A stretch of 64,000 bases of DNA from an uncultured Gammaproteobacteria bacterium (GCA_964543035.1 CAZIVL010000001.1:236159-300158), one strand, 5' to 3'; positions 26,419-37,031 are shown, counted from the stretch's first letter. Notes: a model not told the origin generated them from the sequence alone. Program-made: numbers and translations.

Positions 26419-27349
26419 CGTCCCAGTTTACAACGAAGCCGGTAGTGCAGTCGAGCTGGATAGCCAGCTCCAGACGGTTCTTTCAGAGTTAGATCTCAAA
26501 TCTGAGATCATTTATGTCAACGACGGCAGCACGGATTCCACCGCCCAGATTCTCCGCTCTCATGTAACAGATCTCAAGGATCACACTCCAGTGCATTTGA
26601 TTTCACTTACCCGAAACCAAGGTCAGACTGCGGCCATTAGCGCCGGCCTTGATGCCGCCAGTGGCAAGCTCATAGCCTTTTTAGATGGCGATCTCCAAAA
26701 TCACCCTAGCGATATTCCAAAGCTCATTGCCAGCCTAGATAAGGACACAGACGCTGTTTTTGGCTGGCGAAAGAACAGATCGGATAGACTCGACCGAGTA
26801 ATTGCCTCCCGGATTGCAAACTTTTTGACCGATATCCTGTTTTCCATAAATATCCGTGATCTGGGTTGCTCACTGCGCATTGTCCGTCGCGAGAGCCTCG
26901 AGGGTCTAAGGTTGTACGGTGAAAATCACCGCCTTCTCTCACTCCTTCTGGCTCTCCGGGGAGTTCGTTACAAGCAAATCGAAGTAGGCCATAGTCCAAG
27001 GATTCACGACCATTCAAAATATGGCTATTCTCGGGTCATCAAGCTGATAGTAGATCTTATTACCACCAAGTTCTTGCATTCCTACGCCACCAAACCAGCC
27101 TACATTTTTGGCACTTGGGGCCTTATCTGTTTGGGACTAGCCATCCCAGCTCTACTCCAAGTTATCTACAAGAAGCTGTTTTTAGGAGTCTATGTCCATC
27201 TCAATCCCATGTTCATTATCTTTATTTTCTTGAGTCTTGTAGGTGTTCAGCTAGTTTTGATGGGGCTTCTGGCTGAGCTTCTAGTTCGAGTTTACTTCGA
27301 GTCACGTCAAAAACCGATCTATGAAATTAACAAATCCGAAAAGCTCTAA
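26393..27349 (+). CDS. GT2 polyprenyl-phosphate sugar synthase (DPM1/GtrB-like) with C-terminal TM helices
   Basis: MSALDLSVIVPVYNEAGS...IIYVNDGSTDST...LDGDLQN, followed by two C-terminal TM helices. Start alternatives are 26375 (ATG) and 26408 (TTG). Every alternative overlaps the divergent 25558..26418 start codon. Confidence 0.7.
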   Translation: MSALDLSVIVPVYNEAGSAVELDSQLQTVLSELDLKSEIIYVNDGSTDSTAQILRSHVTDLKDHTPVHLISLTRNQGQTAAISAGLDAASGKLIAFLDGDLQNHPSDIPKLIASLDKDTDAVFGWRKNRSDRLDRVIASRIANFLTDILFSINIRDLGCSLRIVRRESLEGLRLYGENHRLLSLLLALRGVRYKQIEVGHSPRIHDHSKYGYSRVIKLIVDLITTKFLHSYATKPAYIFGTWGLICLGLAIPALLQVIYKKLFLGVYVHLNPMFIIFIFLSLVGVQLVLMGLLAELLVRVYFESRQKPIYEINKSEKL

Positions 27350-29188
27350 ATGTGTGGCATTACAGGAATAGTAGATTTTAAAAAGACTCAGATCCCCAAA
27401 AAAATCTTGTCTGGTATGAATGCCCAGATTGCTCACCGAGGTCCGGACTCTGACGGTTTTTATTATGATGATCACGTGGGGTTGGCCGCCAGAAGGCTCA
27501 GCATCATCGATCTCGTAACTGGAGACCAGCCCATCTTCAATGAGGATAAGTCGGTTGCAATCGTCTTCAATGGAGAAATTTACAATTATCAGTCACTTCA
27601 CGCTGGTCTCGCAAAATTAGGCCACAAATTCAAGACCAAGTCGGATACCGAGACTCTGGTTCACGCCTACGAAGAATATGGGTATGAAATGCTCTCAAAA
27701 TTAAACGGCATGTTTGCCTTTGCTATCTGGGATAAGAAAAAAGCCAAAGTATTTATAGGTCGCGATCACGCTGGCATCAAGCCTCTCTATTATTTTGTAA
27801 ATGGTCCCCAACTTATTTTTGGTTCCGAATTAAAAACTATTCTTGCCTTCCCAGGAGTCCCAAGACGTTTGAATTCCGAGAGCTTTGATCTTTACTCTTT
27901 CTTTGGATATATCCCGGGAAGCAAATCAATCTTTTCAGATATCCACAAGCTCCCAGCAGGTCACTATCTGACCTTTGATTCCACGGGTCTTCAGATCAAA
28001 AAATATTATGATCTCGAAAATCTAATTGCACCTGATACCCACGATCTTGACGTGCTTTTTGACAATTCCCTCAGGCTGCAGTCAATTGCCGATGTTCCTC
28101 TGGGAGTTCTTTTGAGTGGGGGAATAGATTCATCTCTGATTGCCTACTATCTGACTCGTCAAAAACACAATGTCAAAAGTTTCTCTATCTCATTTTCCGA
28201 AAGCTCATTTGATGAAAGTTCCTATGCGAGACTAATATCGAAACAGCTGGGAACAACTCATTTCGAAGAAGAATTTACATCCTCAAAAATGCTGGATATT
28301 TTTACAGACATTACCGAAAAAATGGATGAACCATTGGCAGATCCTTCCTTATTCCCCACTTACGCCGTGAGCAAATTAGCCAAAAAACATGTGAAAGTTG
28401 CACTATCAGGCGATGGTGGTGACGAATTGTTTGCAGGCTATCCTACATACCAAGGTCATTTTCTAGCAAGCCTCATTCCAAAGCTTCCAAGTTCAGTCAT
28501 TAGATCATTGGTTACGTCTCTCAAGCAGTTCAACTCTTCTACCCAAAATTATCCGACTCTCGAAGTGCTGTTAAACGGTATATCGGGATTAGACAAGAGC
28601 CCTATCGAGCGCCATCTAAACTGGATGAGCAATCAGTCATTAGGACTTACCAAAATAGGCAATTTACCTGCACTAATGCAAATACCTTTCGATCCAAAAC
28701 AGATGCTCAGATCTATCCTCAAGCTTGATTTTCAGACCTATCTAGAAGGGGATTTACTCGTCAAATCAGATCGGGCCTCCATGTTCAATTCACTAGAGCT
28801 CAGAGTGCCATTTTTGGATCAGGATATTATCAAATATGCTTACACGACCGACTCTTCTCACGCCGACTTTTTTACGACCAAAAAGCAGTTGCGATCACTT
28901 CTCTCCCAGAAACTCCCTTCTCAAATACTAGATAGGGGCAGTACTTTCATGGGTCTAAAACTTTTTCGCAAAAAAGGCTTTGGAATACCACTTTATAAGT
29001 GGATGACCACAGATCTCAGACCTCTAGTCGACCAGCATCTAGAGAATCCAGACCTAGATGATTTGTTTGATATGCCCACCGTAAACAGATTATGGCAGCG
29101 GACCTTGTCCAGGCTTGGAAACCACAGTAAACTGGTCTGGATGGTTGTAATGTTTTCTGCTTGGCACAAAAACTGGCTACGCTCATGA
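27350..29188 (+). CDS. asparagine synthase (glutamine-hydrolysing) family amidotransferase, AsnB-like
   Basis: MCGITGIV N-terminal nucleophile Cys2. GATase_7 region RGPDS...RRLSIIDL. Synthetase region SGGIDSS (PP-loop). 612 aa. The ATG immediately follows the upstream TAA. Confidence 0.85.
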   Translation: MCGITGIVDFKKTQIPKKILSGMNAQIAHRGPDSDGFYYDDHVGLAARRLSIIDLVTGDQPIFNEDKSVAIVFNGEIYNYQSLHAGLAKLGHKFKTKSDTETLVHAYEEYGYEMLSKLNGMFAFAIWDKKKAKVFIGRDHAGIKPLYYFVNGPQLIFGSELKTILAFPGVPRRLNSESFDLYSFFGYIPGSKSIFSDIHKLPAGHYLTFDSTGLQIKKYYDLENLIAPDTHDLDVLFDNSLRLQSIADVPLGVLLSGGIDSSLIAYYLTRQKHNVKSFSISFSESSFDESSYARLISKQLGTTHFEEEFTSSKMLDIFTDITEKMDEPLADPSLFPTYAVSKLAKKHVKVALSGDGGDELFAGYPTYQGHFLASLIPKLPSSVIRSLVTSLKQFNSSTQNYPTLEVLLNGISGLDKSPIERHLNWMSNQSLGLTKIGNLPALMQIPFDPKQMLRSILKLDFQTYLEGDLLVKSDRASMFNSLELRVPFLDQDIIKYAYTTDSSHADFFTTKKQLRSLLSQKLPSQILDRGSTFMGLKLFRKKGFGIPLYKWMTTDLRPLVDQHLENPDLDDLFDMPTVNRLWQRTLSRLGNHSKLVWMVVMFSAWHKNWLRS

Positions 29189-30825
29189 AAAAACACACAC
29201 TACTACTGCTCTCGGTCCTGCTTCTGGTTGGATTTTTTCTAAGACTTTTCAGATTGTCTGCGGCCCCAGTTGAAATGTTTGGTGACGAGATTGATGTTGG
29301 TATCCAAAGCTATTCACTCCTCATTACTGGAAAGGATTATTTGGGACATCCTCTTCCCTTGTCCATCGCCTCCTTTTCTGAGTCCAGACTACCATTTTTG
29401 ATGTATTTCACGGTTCCTTTTGTAAAAATATTTGGCCTTACCGAACTAGGATTGCGACTGCCCATGATCGTGATCGGATTGCTTCTGATTATCGAGCTTT
29501 ACGTGTTGGCAAGCAGATTGTTTGGGGAAAAGATAGGCATTCTCGCGGCCTTTTTGTATACCATCTCCCCGTGGGCCATTCACTTTTCTAGATGGACCAA
29601 TGACAACGTGGGCATACTCTTGTTCGTGCTCCCCGCCATCTATCTCTTTCTCAAAAGAAACTATCTTTGGGCCATCCCTCTTCTTGCCCTTGCCTTCTAT
29701 ACCTATTCAGTGGCCACAGTGTTTATCCCACTCATGGGTCTGATCTTACTACTTGTGACGGTGCCTCTAAAAGAGATCTTGAACAAAAATATTATTTTAG
29801 GCGGCATTTTCGCCCTGATTATCTTGATTCCTTATGGGGTCACGGTAGTGTCTGCTGTGGGTTCAAATAGGTTTTCTCAGATTTCCATATTTGGGGACTC
29901 CACTCTTCTTCACGACCTTTTGACAAGACGGTCTCAGTCAGGCTCAGAGCTAACTCGTTACTTTAGAAACAGACCGTTATTTTACTTTCACGAATTCACA
30001 AACAGTTATCTGCGATCTTTTTCTACCGAATTTCTTTTTTTCAACGGAGATCCCATTCTTCGCCATTCCCCAGGTGGTATGGGGATGCTTTATCTGTTTG
30101 AGATCATAACAATCCCCGTGGGCCTCTCCTGGATGGTCCTAAATTGGCGCTCAAAGGCAGTCAGGCTTCTTCTGTTGTGGTTGCTTATAAGTCCGGTGTC
30201 ATCAGCTCTCACCAAAGATGGGGGAAATCATGCCGGTAGGCTGATTGTCATGTTGCCACCACTGCTTTTAGTTTCGGCTCTGGGTTTGCGGGTTATTTTG
30301 AAAAAAAGATTACTTTCTATTCTAGTTATAAGTGGGGCTGTATATTGCTTCTCATTTTTCATGTATCGCTACCACGTCGAATGGCCTCAAGATAGTTGGC
30401 GATTTTGGCAATTTGGCTTCAAAGAGGCATACACTTATGTCAAGTCTATCGATCCCAAGCCTACCCGTATCTTTTTCAACTCGACCTATGAGACTGCTTT
30501 GCCTAGGTTTATGTTTTGGTTTGCTTATGATCCTGCCAGATTCCAATCCCAAGTGACTAGACTTTCTTATCAAGATGACATCGTAGCGGGCTTTGATGGC
30601 TTCGCGCTAGAAAACAAATATTACTTTGGTACCATAAATATGGGTATTAGAGAAAGTGGGTTTTTAGCACTCATGCGACCTGGGGACATATATGTAGCCA
30701 GCTTCAGAGATGAGATTGGCACAGACGATTGGACCACGGGACCAATTGATGGGCTAAATGTAGACAAAATAATTTATAGTCCGACCGGAGAGAGACTGTT
30801 TGCCATTCTTTCCACTGCCAAATGA
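29185..30825 (+). CDS. PMT_2/GT39-like GT-C membrane glycosyltransferase
   Basis: ATGA overlap at 29185-29188. MKKHTLLLLSVLLLVGFFLRL...FGDEIDVGIQSYSLLITGKDYLGHPLPL. Confidence 0.7.
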   Translation: MKKHTLLLLSVLLLVGFFLRLFRLSAAPVEMFGDEIDVGIQSYSLLITGKDYLGHPLPLSIASFSESRLPFLMYFTVPFVKIFGLTELGLRLPMIVIGLLLIIELYVLASRLFGEKIGILAAFLYTISPWAIHFSRWTNDNVGILLFVLPAIYLFLKRNYLWAIPLLALAFYTYSVATVFIPLMGLILLLVTVPLKEILNKNIILGGIFALIILIPYGVTVVSAVGSNRFSQISIFGDSTLLHDLLTRRSQSGSELTRYFRNRPLFYFHEFTNSYLRSFSTEFLFFNGDPILRHSPGGMGMLYLFEIITIPVGLSWMVLNWRSKAVRLLLLWLLISPVSSALTKDGGNHAGRLIVMLPPLLLVSALGLRVILKKRLLSILVISGAVYCFSFFMYRYHVEWPQDSWRFWQFGFKEAYTYVKSIDPKPTRIFFNSTYETALPRFMFWFAYDPARFQSQVTRLSYQDDIVAGFDGFALENKYYFGTINMGIRESGFLALMRPGDIYVASFRDEIGTDDWTTGPIDGLNVDKIIYSPTGERLFAILSTAK

Positions 30826-32117
30826 AAAAACTTTTTTTACCAATCCTACTTTTAGCCGGACTGATTTTCCGTTTGATCATCAGTGTTCAAATTTACAGTG
30901 GGGATATAAATAATCACATTTCCTGGGGCAAAGACATTTTGGAGTTTGGCCCGAGCGGTGTATACACTCGCGATTTTGCGTCACCATACAATACGTTGAC
31001 TCCCACTTATCCTCCTATCCCCCTTTTATTTTTTACCATTTCTAAAGCAGCGTTTGATTGGGCAGATAAAACAGTTTGGGATCTAAATTTTAGTGTTCCC
31101 ATATTTCCCTCAAATCTAGTCTTCTTCTTTGAAGATCAAGATACCATGCCAGCGTTCTATAAAGTCTGGGCAATAGCGTCAGACATAGTTATTGCCTACC
31201 TAGTTTTCCAGATAGCAAAAAAACATTTTTCAGACAAATCTAGATGGCCTTACGTTTTTTCAATACTCGTTTTATTTAATCCAGCCTTCTTTTATAACAG
31301 TGCATATTGGGGCCAGATAGAGGCTTTACCCATAATGTTTTTGATACTGGGGTTATATATTTTTTATCAAAAAAGACCAGTCTTGAGCAGTCTGTGTTTT
31401 ATGTTGGCTTTCCTGTCCAAACAGTCATCAATTATTTTTATCCCCATCCTTGCTCTTATGTTTCTTGTCTCGACAGACAAAATCAATATTTTGAAAGGTG
31501 TGATCCTCAGCCTGGTCGTTTTTTGGATTTCCTTTTTGCCTTTTATGAAACCAGCCGATACTCTAGCATTTCCAATTACTACTTATCTCGAAAAGATAAA
31601 ATCAGGCTCAGGCTCAGACTATGTCACAGATCACGCCTTCAACTTCTGGGCAATTCTGACTGGTTTAGGAAAGATCCCCGATGGTCGGATTTTTGAAGGA
31701 GGAATACCTTACCGAGGATGGGGATTAGTGTTTTTTGGTATCGCCTTAATCTTTGTTTTTGCCCCATTACTTAGAAAGAAGATTACTCCTCCCCAGATCT
31801 TTGGTAGTCTTAGCCTGATTAGCATTTCCGCATTTATGTTTCTGACTCGCATGCACGGTCGTTACCTTCAGCCGGCCTTGGCATTTCTTTTACTTTATTG
31901 CATTCATAGGAAAAAAATTCTTCCTGTTTTTATCTATTTATCAATTTTTTACTTTTTAAATCTTTATCACAATTGGTGGGCTCCTCGCATTCCATCCCTA
32001 GTAGATTTTATCTCAAAACAATTAACCATAGATCTATTTATAATAGGGGCAATGATCGGCTTCTCCATAATCTTAGTGGATTATTTCAGATTGTCATACC
32101 ATGAAAAGAACGGTTAA
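30822..32117 (+). CDS. polytopic membrane glycosyltransferase-like protein (GT-C; DUF2029/mannosyltransferase-like)
   Basis: 431 aa. ATGA overlap. DINNHISWGKDILEFG...YPPIPLLFF plus about 10 TM helices. Confidence 0.5.
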   Translation: MKKLFLPILLLAGLIFRLIISVQIYSGDINNHISWGKDILEFGPSGVYTRDFASPYNTLTPTYPPIPLLFFTISKAAFDWADKTVWDLNFSVPIFPSNLVFFFEDQDTMPAFYKVWAIASDIVIAYLVFQIAKKHFSDKSRWPYVFSILVLFNPAFFYNSAYWGQIEALPIMFLILGLYIFYQKRPVLSSLCFMLAFLSKQSSIIFIPILALMFLVSTDKINILKGVILSLVVFWISFLPFMKPADTLAFPITTYLEKIKSGSGSDYVTDHAFNFWAILTGLGKIPDGRIFEGGIPYRGWGLVFFGIALIFVFAPLLRKKITPPQIFGSLSLISISAFMFLTRMHGRYLQPALAFLLLYCIHRKKILPVFIYLSIFYFLNLYHNWWAPRIPSLVDFISKQLTIDLFIIGAMIGFSIILVDYFRLSYHEKNG

Positions 32118-33294
32118 TATTACCTTATTTGCTCTTTTTTTCTATCTTTTTATATCCCCATTCTTTTTTCATCCTGATCTCAAGATCATTTATCACCACT
32201 CCCAATTTCTAACATCCGGAGTAATCAACATTTATAGTTTTTTAAACACACATCCAGAGCACGCTACTCTAGGTCAATTTGTTTATCCCCCCCTGACATA
32301 TCTCGTGTTTGGTACTATTTTTCCAATTGTTCGACTCCTGGCCGGTACTGACTTTGTTAGCTGGCTTGCCCAGGGCAACACCGCCGTTACCACCATTTAT
32401 ATTTTTAGATATCAATTTTTGCTCAAGCTTCCATTAATACTTCTTCATGTTGCCACGGGCTGGTTAATTTCTAAGTTATTTTCGGATTCCAAAGATAAGA
32501 GGATTGCTTTGGCTATCTGGTTTTTTAACCCAATTAGTATTTATGTTGTAGGCATTATTGGCCAATTTGACATTATCCCGGTGTTTTTTTCAGTTCTCTC
32601 ATTAGTTCTTTTTCCCAAAAGGCCATATCTGGCAGCAATTTGCTTGGGCCTGGGAGGAAGCTTAAAAACCTATCCCTTACTTTTGTTACCATTCTTGGGG
32701 ATTGCGGCTTTTTCGTCTTGGCCCAAAAGACTAAGTGTCATGGCGACAGGACTTCTTCCCTACATTCTTCTCATTGCCCCATTTTTGAAGGATCCTAGTT
32801 TTGTTGATAGTGTCTTAGTTTCAGGTTTGTCTCAAAGGCTCTTCCACATGAGCCTCACCACAGGTTTTGACAAATCTATTCTGATTATTCCCGGGGTAAT
32901 AAGTATAATTTTGTTTTATTTTATAAGCCAGGCTGACAAAAAGCCCCTCCTATCAGGATCCTATGCGGCAGTACTCTTGATAGCTTTGGCCGGTTCTCAT
33001 TTTCATCCTCAGTGGACACTTTGGGTGATGCCTTTTGTGACTATCTACCTAGTAAAAAAGCGCGAGTTATGGCCACTGGTTGTATTTTCTGTGGCCTGGA
33101 TTGCAGTTCTTTTGCTTTTTCCAGACAACTTTTTGACTTGGGGAGTAGTCAGTCCGCTTGATCCCCAAGCCTTCAATCTGCCGGCCATTAGCTCAATCTT
33201 GTCTCCCACCCTTCCTTGGGCAAATCTGGCCCAGACCTTCTTTGCTGCTATTTCGCTCTGGATTGCTTACAAATCTATCTCAAAGCATGAATAA
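32101..33294 (+). CDS. DUF2029/GT87-like polytopic membrane glycosyltransferase (paralog of 18188..19372)
   Basis: YPPLTYLVFG, FNPISIYVVGIIGQFD and HFHPQWTLW match 18188..19372. Confidence 0.55.
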   Translation: MKRTVNITLFALFFYLFISPFFFHPDLKIIYHHSQFLTSGVINIYSFLNTHPEHATLGQFVYPPLTYLVFGTIFPIVRLLAGTDFVSWLAQGNTAVTTIYIFRYQFLLKLPLILLHVATGWLISKLFSDSKDKRIALAIWFFNPISIYVVGIIGQFDIIPVFFSVLSLVLFPKRPYLAAICLGLGGSLKTYPLLLLPFLGIAAFSSWPKRLSVMATGLLPYILLIAPFLKDPSFVDSVLVSGLSQRLFHMSLTTGFDKSILIIPGVISIILFYFISQADKKPLLSGSYAAVLLIALAGSHFHPQWTLWVMPFVTIYLVKKRELWPLVVFSVAWIAVLLLFPDNFLTWGVVSPLDPQAFNLPAISSILSPTLPWANLAQTFFAAISLWIAYKSISKHE

Positions 33295-33838
33295 GCTATT
33301 ATATTTATTACCGCTTATTTTTGTCATTGGAGCTCAAAGCTTGGTCTCACTATTCATAAAAAATAAAATTGATTATTCTATAGACGGATCCCTAGCATAC
33401 CCCCTCGAAAAGCCTATGCAAACCAGCTATGCTCCTACACACGCGGGTCTAAACATAATTGTCTTGCGTCTAAAAAACCCCGCTCTTGCCGATGAAAACA
33501 AGTACACATTGAAGCTTTTAAGTGGGAGCGATACTGTGATCAAATCGATCGATTTTGACGCCAGAAATGTGGGAGATCCCGCCGACCTTAAACTTCAGTT
33601 TGATCCATTGGTAAATTCCCAAGAGATTCGGTCCATAAGGCTCGAGCCTGTGGGAACATCTGGAAAATTACACGTATACATTGACGAGAAGGACCGAATC
33701 TCTTTCACTTCTTATTACCGTCGCTCTGGGTTCTCGTTATCATGGCCAGTCTTAAAAGATATTCCCTTCTTTGTCGCCTGGGCGATAGTACTTACGACCA
33801 TTTTTTATTTTAGTACCAAATGGCAAAAACAATCTTAG
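33287..33838 (+). CDS. small bitopic membrane protein, unknown function
   Basis: 183 aa. N-terminal TM or signal sequence (MNKLLYLLPLIFVIGA), a roughly 130-aa hydrophilic domain, then a C-terminal TM. The ORF track lists a longer out-of-context start at 33158. ATG 33287 overlaps the upstream stop (atgaataa). Confidence 0.5.
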   Translation: MNKLLYLLPLIFVIGAQSLVSLFIKNKIDYSIDGSLAYPLEKPMQTSYAPTHAGLNIIVLRLKNPALADENKYTLKLLSGSDTVIKSIDFDARNVGDPADLKLQFDPLVNSQEIRSIRLEPVGTSGKLHVYIDEKDRISFTSYYRRSGFSLSWPVLKDIPFFVAWAIVLTTIFYFSTKWQKQS

Positions 33839-35415
33839 TTCTCATCTTGATTTTAGCAGCTGGGTTACGCACCGTCGGGCTTTCCTCGCATCCGCCTGGG
33901 TTTACACCAGACGAAGCTGGCCTAGGCTACAATGCCTATTCGCTACTTCTTACGGGTCGAGATGAATGGGGAACGGTCTGGTGGCAGCTCCCAGTTACAA
34001 ATCTTCAATCATTTGGAGATTATAAGTTGCCACTATATTCATTCTTGGCAGTTCCCACCATCAAGATATTTGGCCTCAATGAATTTGCCGTCCGGCTCCC
34101 AAATGCCATTTTGGGAACCTTATCGATTCTAGCCGTGTTCCTGTTGGGTTCTCGCATCGGAGGTTCTCGCATCGGACTTTTGTCTGCCACTCTTATGGCT
34201 ATTTCACCATGGTCAATCCAAATGTCCAGAGGAGCGTTCGAGGCGAATCTCGTCTCTCTTTTTGTTCCTCTAGCAATTTATGCATATTTGTCTTCTCGTT
34301 TTATTCAGTCAGCTATTTTTTTTGTTTTAGGAGTTTATACTTACCATTCCGCCAAGATCCTTACCCCTTTGATATTGGTTGCGCTGTTTGTTTACAAACC
34401 AACCAAAAAAATTGCCTTTTTTATGATACTGGGTGTGTTATTGATACCTGCTTTGATTTCTCAAATTGGCCTTGGGGGGAGCAGGTCGTCTGACCTTCTT
34501 ATTTTTAAACCCACCGACAATTGGGAGTATGTGTCTGCCCGCAGGTTTGCAGCCCGTAGTTTCGGAGTTCCGGATACAATCGCCAGGGTATTTTCAAACA
34601 AACTTACCTATGTCGCCACCACTTGGTTTGAGAACTATGCGTCATACCTATCTCCCCAATTTTTATTTACAAATGGTCCATCCGAGGGCACCTACGGCAT
34701 GCTGAGAGGAAGGGGAGTCCTCTATAGATTAGACCTGATCGCAATTTGTATATTCGTAGCTATTTTGATAAAAAATCCCACTCGAAAAAATATTTTATTG
34801 ACGACCCTCATTTTTTTAAGTTTCTTGCCTGCTTCTTTGACCAAAGGAGCGGGATTGGCCGCAAATCGGACAGTCATCGCTTTACCTTTCATTGCGATCG
34901 CGTTGGCGATTGGAGTAGGCAAGTTATCTATGGCACTAAAACCAGCCATTTATATCGTCATGGCTCTATACTGCTTGAGCTTGGTATATTTTGCTTACGA
35001 TTACGTCTATTTTGCAAAGACTAACATGGGCCAAGACATGCACATAGGCAAAAAAGAGTTGTTTGAAAGAACTATGCCCATAGCAGCCGGTTTCAACCAA
35101 ATAAAATTTAGTCGTACTCTTTCCAATCCCCATATTTTCTTTGCCTTTTTCACAGCGACTCCACCCACAGAATACCAAAAAGCAATCGCTCCCTATAAGA
35201 ATCTGAAAAATCATGGAGTAAATTTTGTAGATCAACTGTCCGACTACTCAATTGGCAAATATCATTTTGGTGACTCCCTTGTGGAAAAACCAGTTTCCCA
35301 GCCGACCTTGTTTGTAGGCAAGCCAGATCAATTTGATTCTATATCAGGAGAGTATTTTCATATTGATTATCCCAATGGCACCGAAGCTTACCGAGTTGTA
35401 GAAAAAAAGCCATGA
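33820..35415 (+). CDS. PMT_2/GT39-like GT-C membrane glycosyltransferase
   Basis: TPDEAGLGYNAYSLLLTGRDEWG...SFGDYKLPLY. Contains the 15-nt tandem duplication (GSRIGGSRIG). Confidence 0.8.
   Translation: MAKTILVLILILAAGLRTVGLSSHPPGFTPDEAGLGYNAYSLLLTGRDEWGTVWWQLPVTNLQSFGDYKLPLYSFLAVPTIKIFGLNEFAVRLPNAILGTLSILAVFLLGSRIGGSRIGLLSATLMAISPWSIQMSRGAFEANLVSLFVPLAIYAYLSSRFIQSAIFFVLGVYTYHSAKILTPLILVALFVYKPTKKIAFFMILGVLLIPALISQIGLGGSRSSDLLIFKPTDNWEYVSARRFAARSFGVPDTIARVFSNKLTYVATTWFENYASYLSPQFLFTNGPSEGTYGMLRGRGVLYRLDLIAICIFVAILIKNPTRKNILLTTLIFLSFLPASLTKGAGLAANRTVIALPFIAIALAIGVGKLSMALKPAIYIVMALYCLSLVYFAYDYVYFAKTNMGQDMHIGKKELFERTMPIAAGFNQIKFSRTLSNPHIFFAFFTATPPTEYQKAIAPYKNLKNHGVNFVDQLSDYSIGKYHFGDSLVEKPVSQPTLFVGKPDQFDSISGEYFHIDYPNGTEAYRVVEKKP
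34147..34176 (+). repeat. perfect 15-nt tandem duplication (ggttctcgcatcgga x2) inside the 33820 CDS
   Basis: Direct read of the sequence. In-frame, producing GSRIG-GSRIG in the first periplasmic loop or TM boundary. Confidence 0.8.
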
Positions 35416-37031
35416 AAAAATTTATAGTCCTTGTTTTACTTCTGTCCTTGCCCACGTTCGGCCTCATGCTCAGGCCTGGCATCTTCACAATGCATGATTT
35501 TCATCCATTCAGACTTTTTGAGTTTAATAAATGTATACAAGATGGGATTTTTCCTTGTAGGTGGGCACCCGATGCCGAAAATGGCTATGGAGAGCCCTTG
35601 TTCAATTTTTATGGTCAATTTCCGTACTGGGTAGGGGAGTTATTTGTGCTTTCGGGCTTTGGAATTCTCACTTCCATCAAGATTACATTTATTCTTACTC
35701 TTGTCTTATCCGGATTGGCCATGTATTGGGTGGCATCCAGATATTCAAATTACAAACTCGGCCTACTCGCCTCGCTTTTGTATGTATACGCGCCCTACCG
35801 AGCAGTAGACGTCTGGGTTCGAGGGGCTTTGGGAGAGGCTTTCGCATTTATTCTTTATCCTCTGATTTTTTATTTCTTGGACCAAGCCATCACTGTCCGG
35901 AAATCCAAATACTTTATTCTATTGGCTGTCTTCGTGGCCCTACTCATTATCACGCACAACCTTTCATTCGTGATGTTTGGTCTGGCATTGGGAGCCTGGA
36001 CAATATTCCGCATGATTTCTACTAGGAGTTGGATTGCTATCCCCAATCTATTCTTGTCCGGGATCCTGGCATTACTTTTATCCTCCTTCTATTTATTGCC
36101 AGTTGCCGTGGAGACGTCGCTTATCTCTTTGCAAAGCGCCACCACCGAAGGCTATTACAATTACCAGTTACATTACACGAGTCTTAAGCAGCTTTTTTGG
36201 TCCAGATTTTGGGGCTATGGGGCGTCAGTTTGGAGTGATGGCGACGGCATGAGTTTTTCTGCCGGCCAAATTCAGGCCACAGTATTAGGGGCAGCCCTAA
36301 TCGCCTCCATCATAAGAAGAAATCAGAAAGGTGTGATTCTTTCTCTTTTGGGTGTGCTTTGTTTGTTTATGACCCACGGCAAATCAGAGATTATCTGGAA
36401 ACTCTTGCCCCCTCTGACTTATATTCAGTTTCCCTGGCGTTTTCTGGCTCCCGCCGCCTTCTTCTCTACTCTGGCAGCAGCTACTTCTTTTCATGGTCTT
36501 CGCATCCCCAAAACAATCTTGGCTACAGTCATTATTCTTGTAATTATGACCAATGTAGATTTTTTCCGCCCCGATATCTGGCATGTAACAGACGATGTCA
36601 CATTTTTTTCCGGAAAAAATATGGAATATCAGATGCAAGCCCACAAAGACTTCTGGCCAAAGACGGCAGGTCCTCCTCCTCAATCTCTAGCTCCTACTGA
36701 GGCAGAATTTACTCAAGGATCAGGTATCGTGAAGCAGATCTCAAAAAGATCAGCTTCCATGGTATACGATATCAATATATTTAATGGGCCTTCTACGGTC
36801 GTTTTTCCCGTCGTGTTTTTTCCGGGATGGACTAGTCTTGTAGACGGTGTACAGCAACCAGTATATCCAGATCCCAGTACCGGACATATGGCGATTGATC
36901 TACCAGCAGGGGAGTGGACCGTCGAGCTAAAATTTATAGATACCTGGCCTAGGACGCTTGGCAATGTCATAAGTGCCGGAGCCTTGCTAGGCGTGATCAG
37001 CTTTGTAATTCTAAAGTATGAAAAAAAATAA
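35412..37031 (+). CDS. YfhO-like polytopic membrane protein (GT-C-like), short-form family B (paralog of 7683..9395)
   Basis: MHDFHP...CRWAPDAENGYGEPLFNFY. C-terminal FFPGWTSLVDG. ATGA overlap at the start. Confidence 0.6.
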   Translation: MKKFIVLVLLLSLPTFGLMLRPGIFTMHDFHPFRLFEFNKCIQDGIFPCRWAPDAENGYGEPLFNFYGQFPYWVGELFVLSGFGILTSIKITFILTLVLSGLAMYWVASRYSNYKLGLLASLLYVYAPYRAVDVWVRGALGEAFAFILYPLIFYFLDQAITVRKSKYFILLAVFVALLIITHNLSFVMFGLALGAWTIFRMISTRSWIAIPNLFLSGILALLLSSFYLLPVAVETSLISLQSATTEGYYNYQLHYTSLKQLFWSRFWGYGASVWSDGDGMSFSAGQIQATVLGAALIASIIRRNQKGVILSLLGVLCLFMTHGKSEIIWKLLPPLTYIQFPWRFLAPAAFFSTLAAATSFHGLRIPKTILATVIILVIMTNVDFFRPDIWHVTDDVTFFSGKNMEYQMQAHKDFWPKTAGPPPQSLAPTEAEFTQGSGIVKQISKRSASMVYDINIFNGPSTVVFPVVFFPGWTSLVDGVQQPVYPDPSTGHMAIDLPAGEWTVELKFIDTWPRTLGNVISAGALLGVISFVILKYEKK

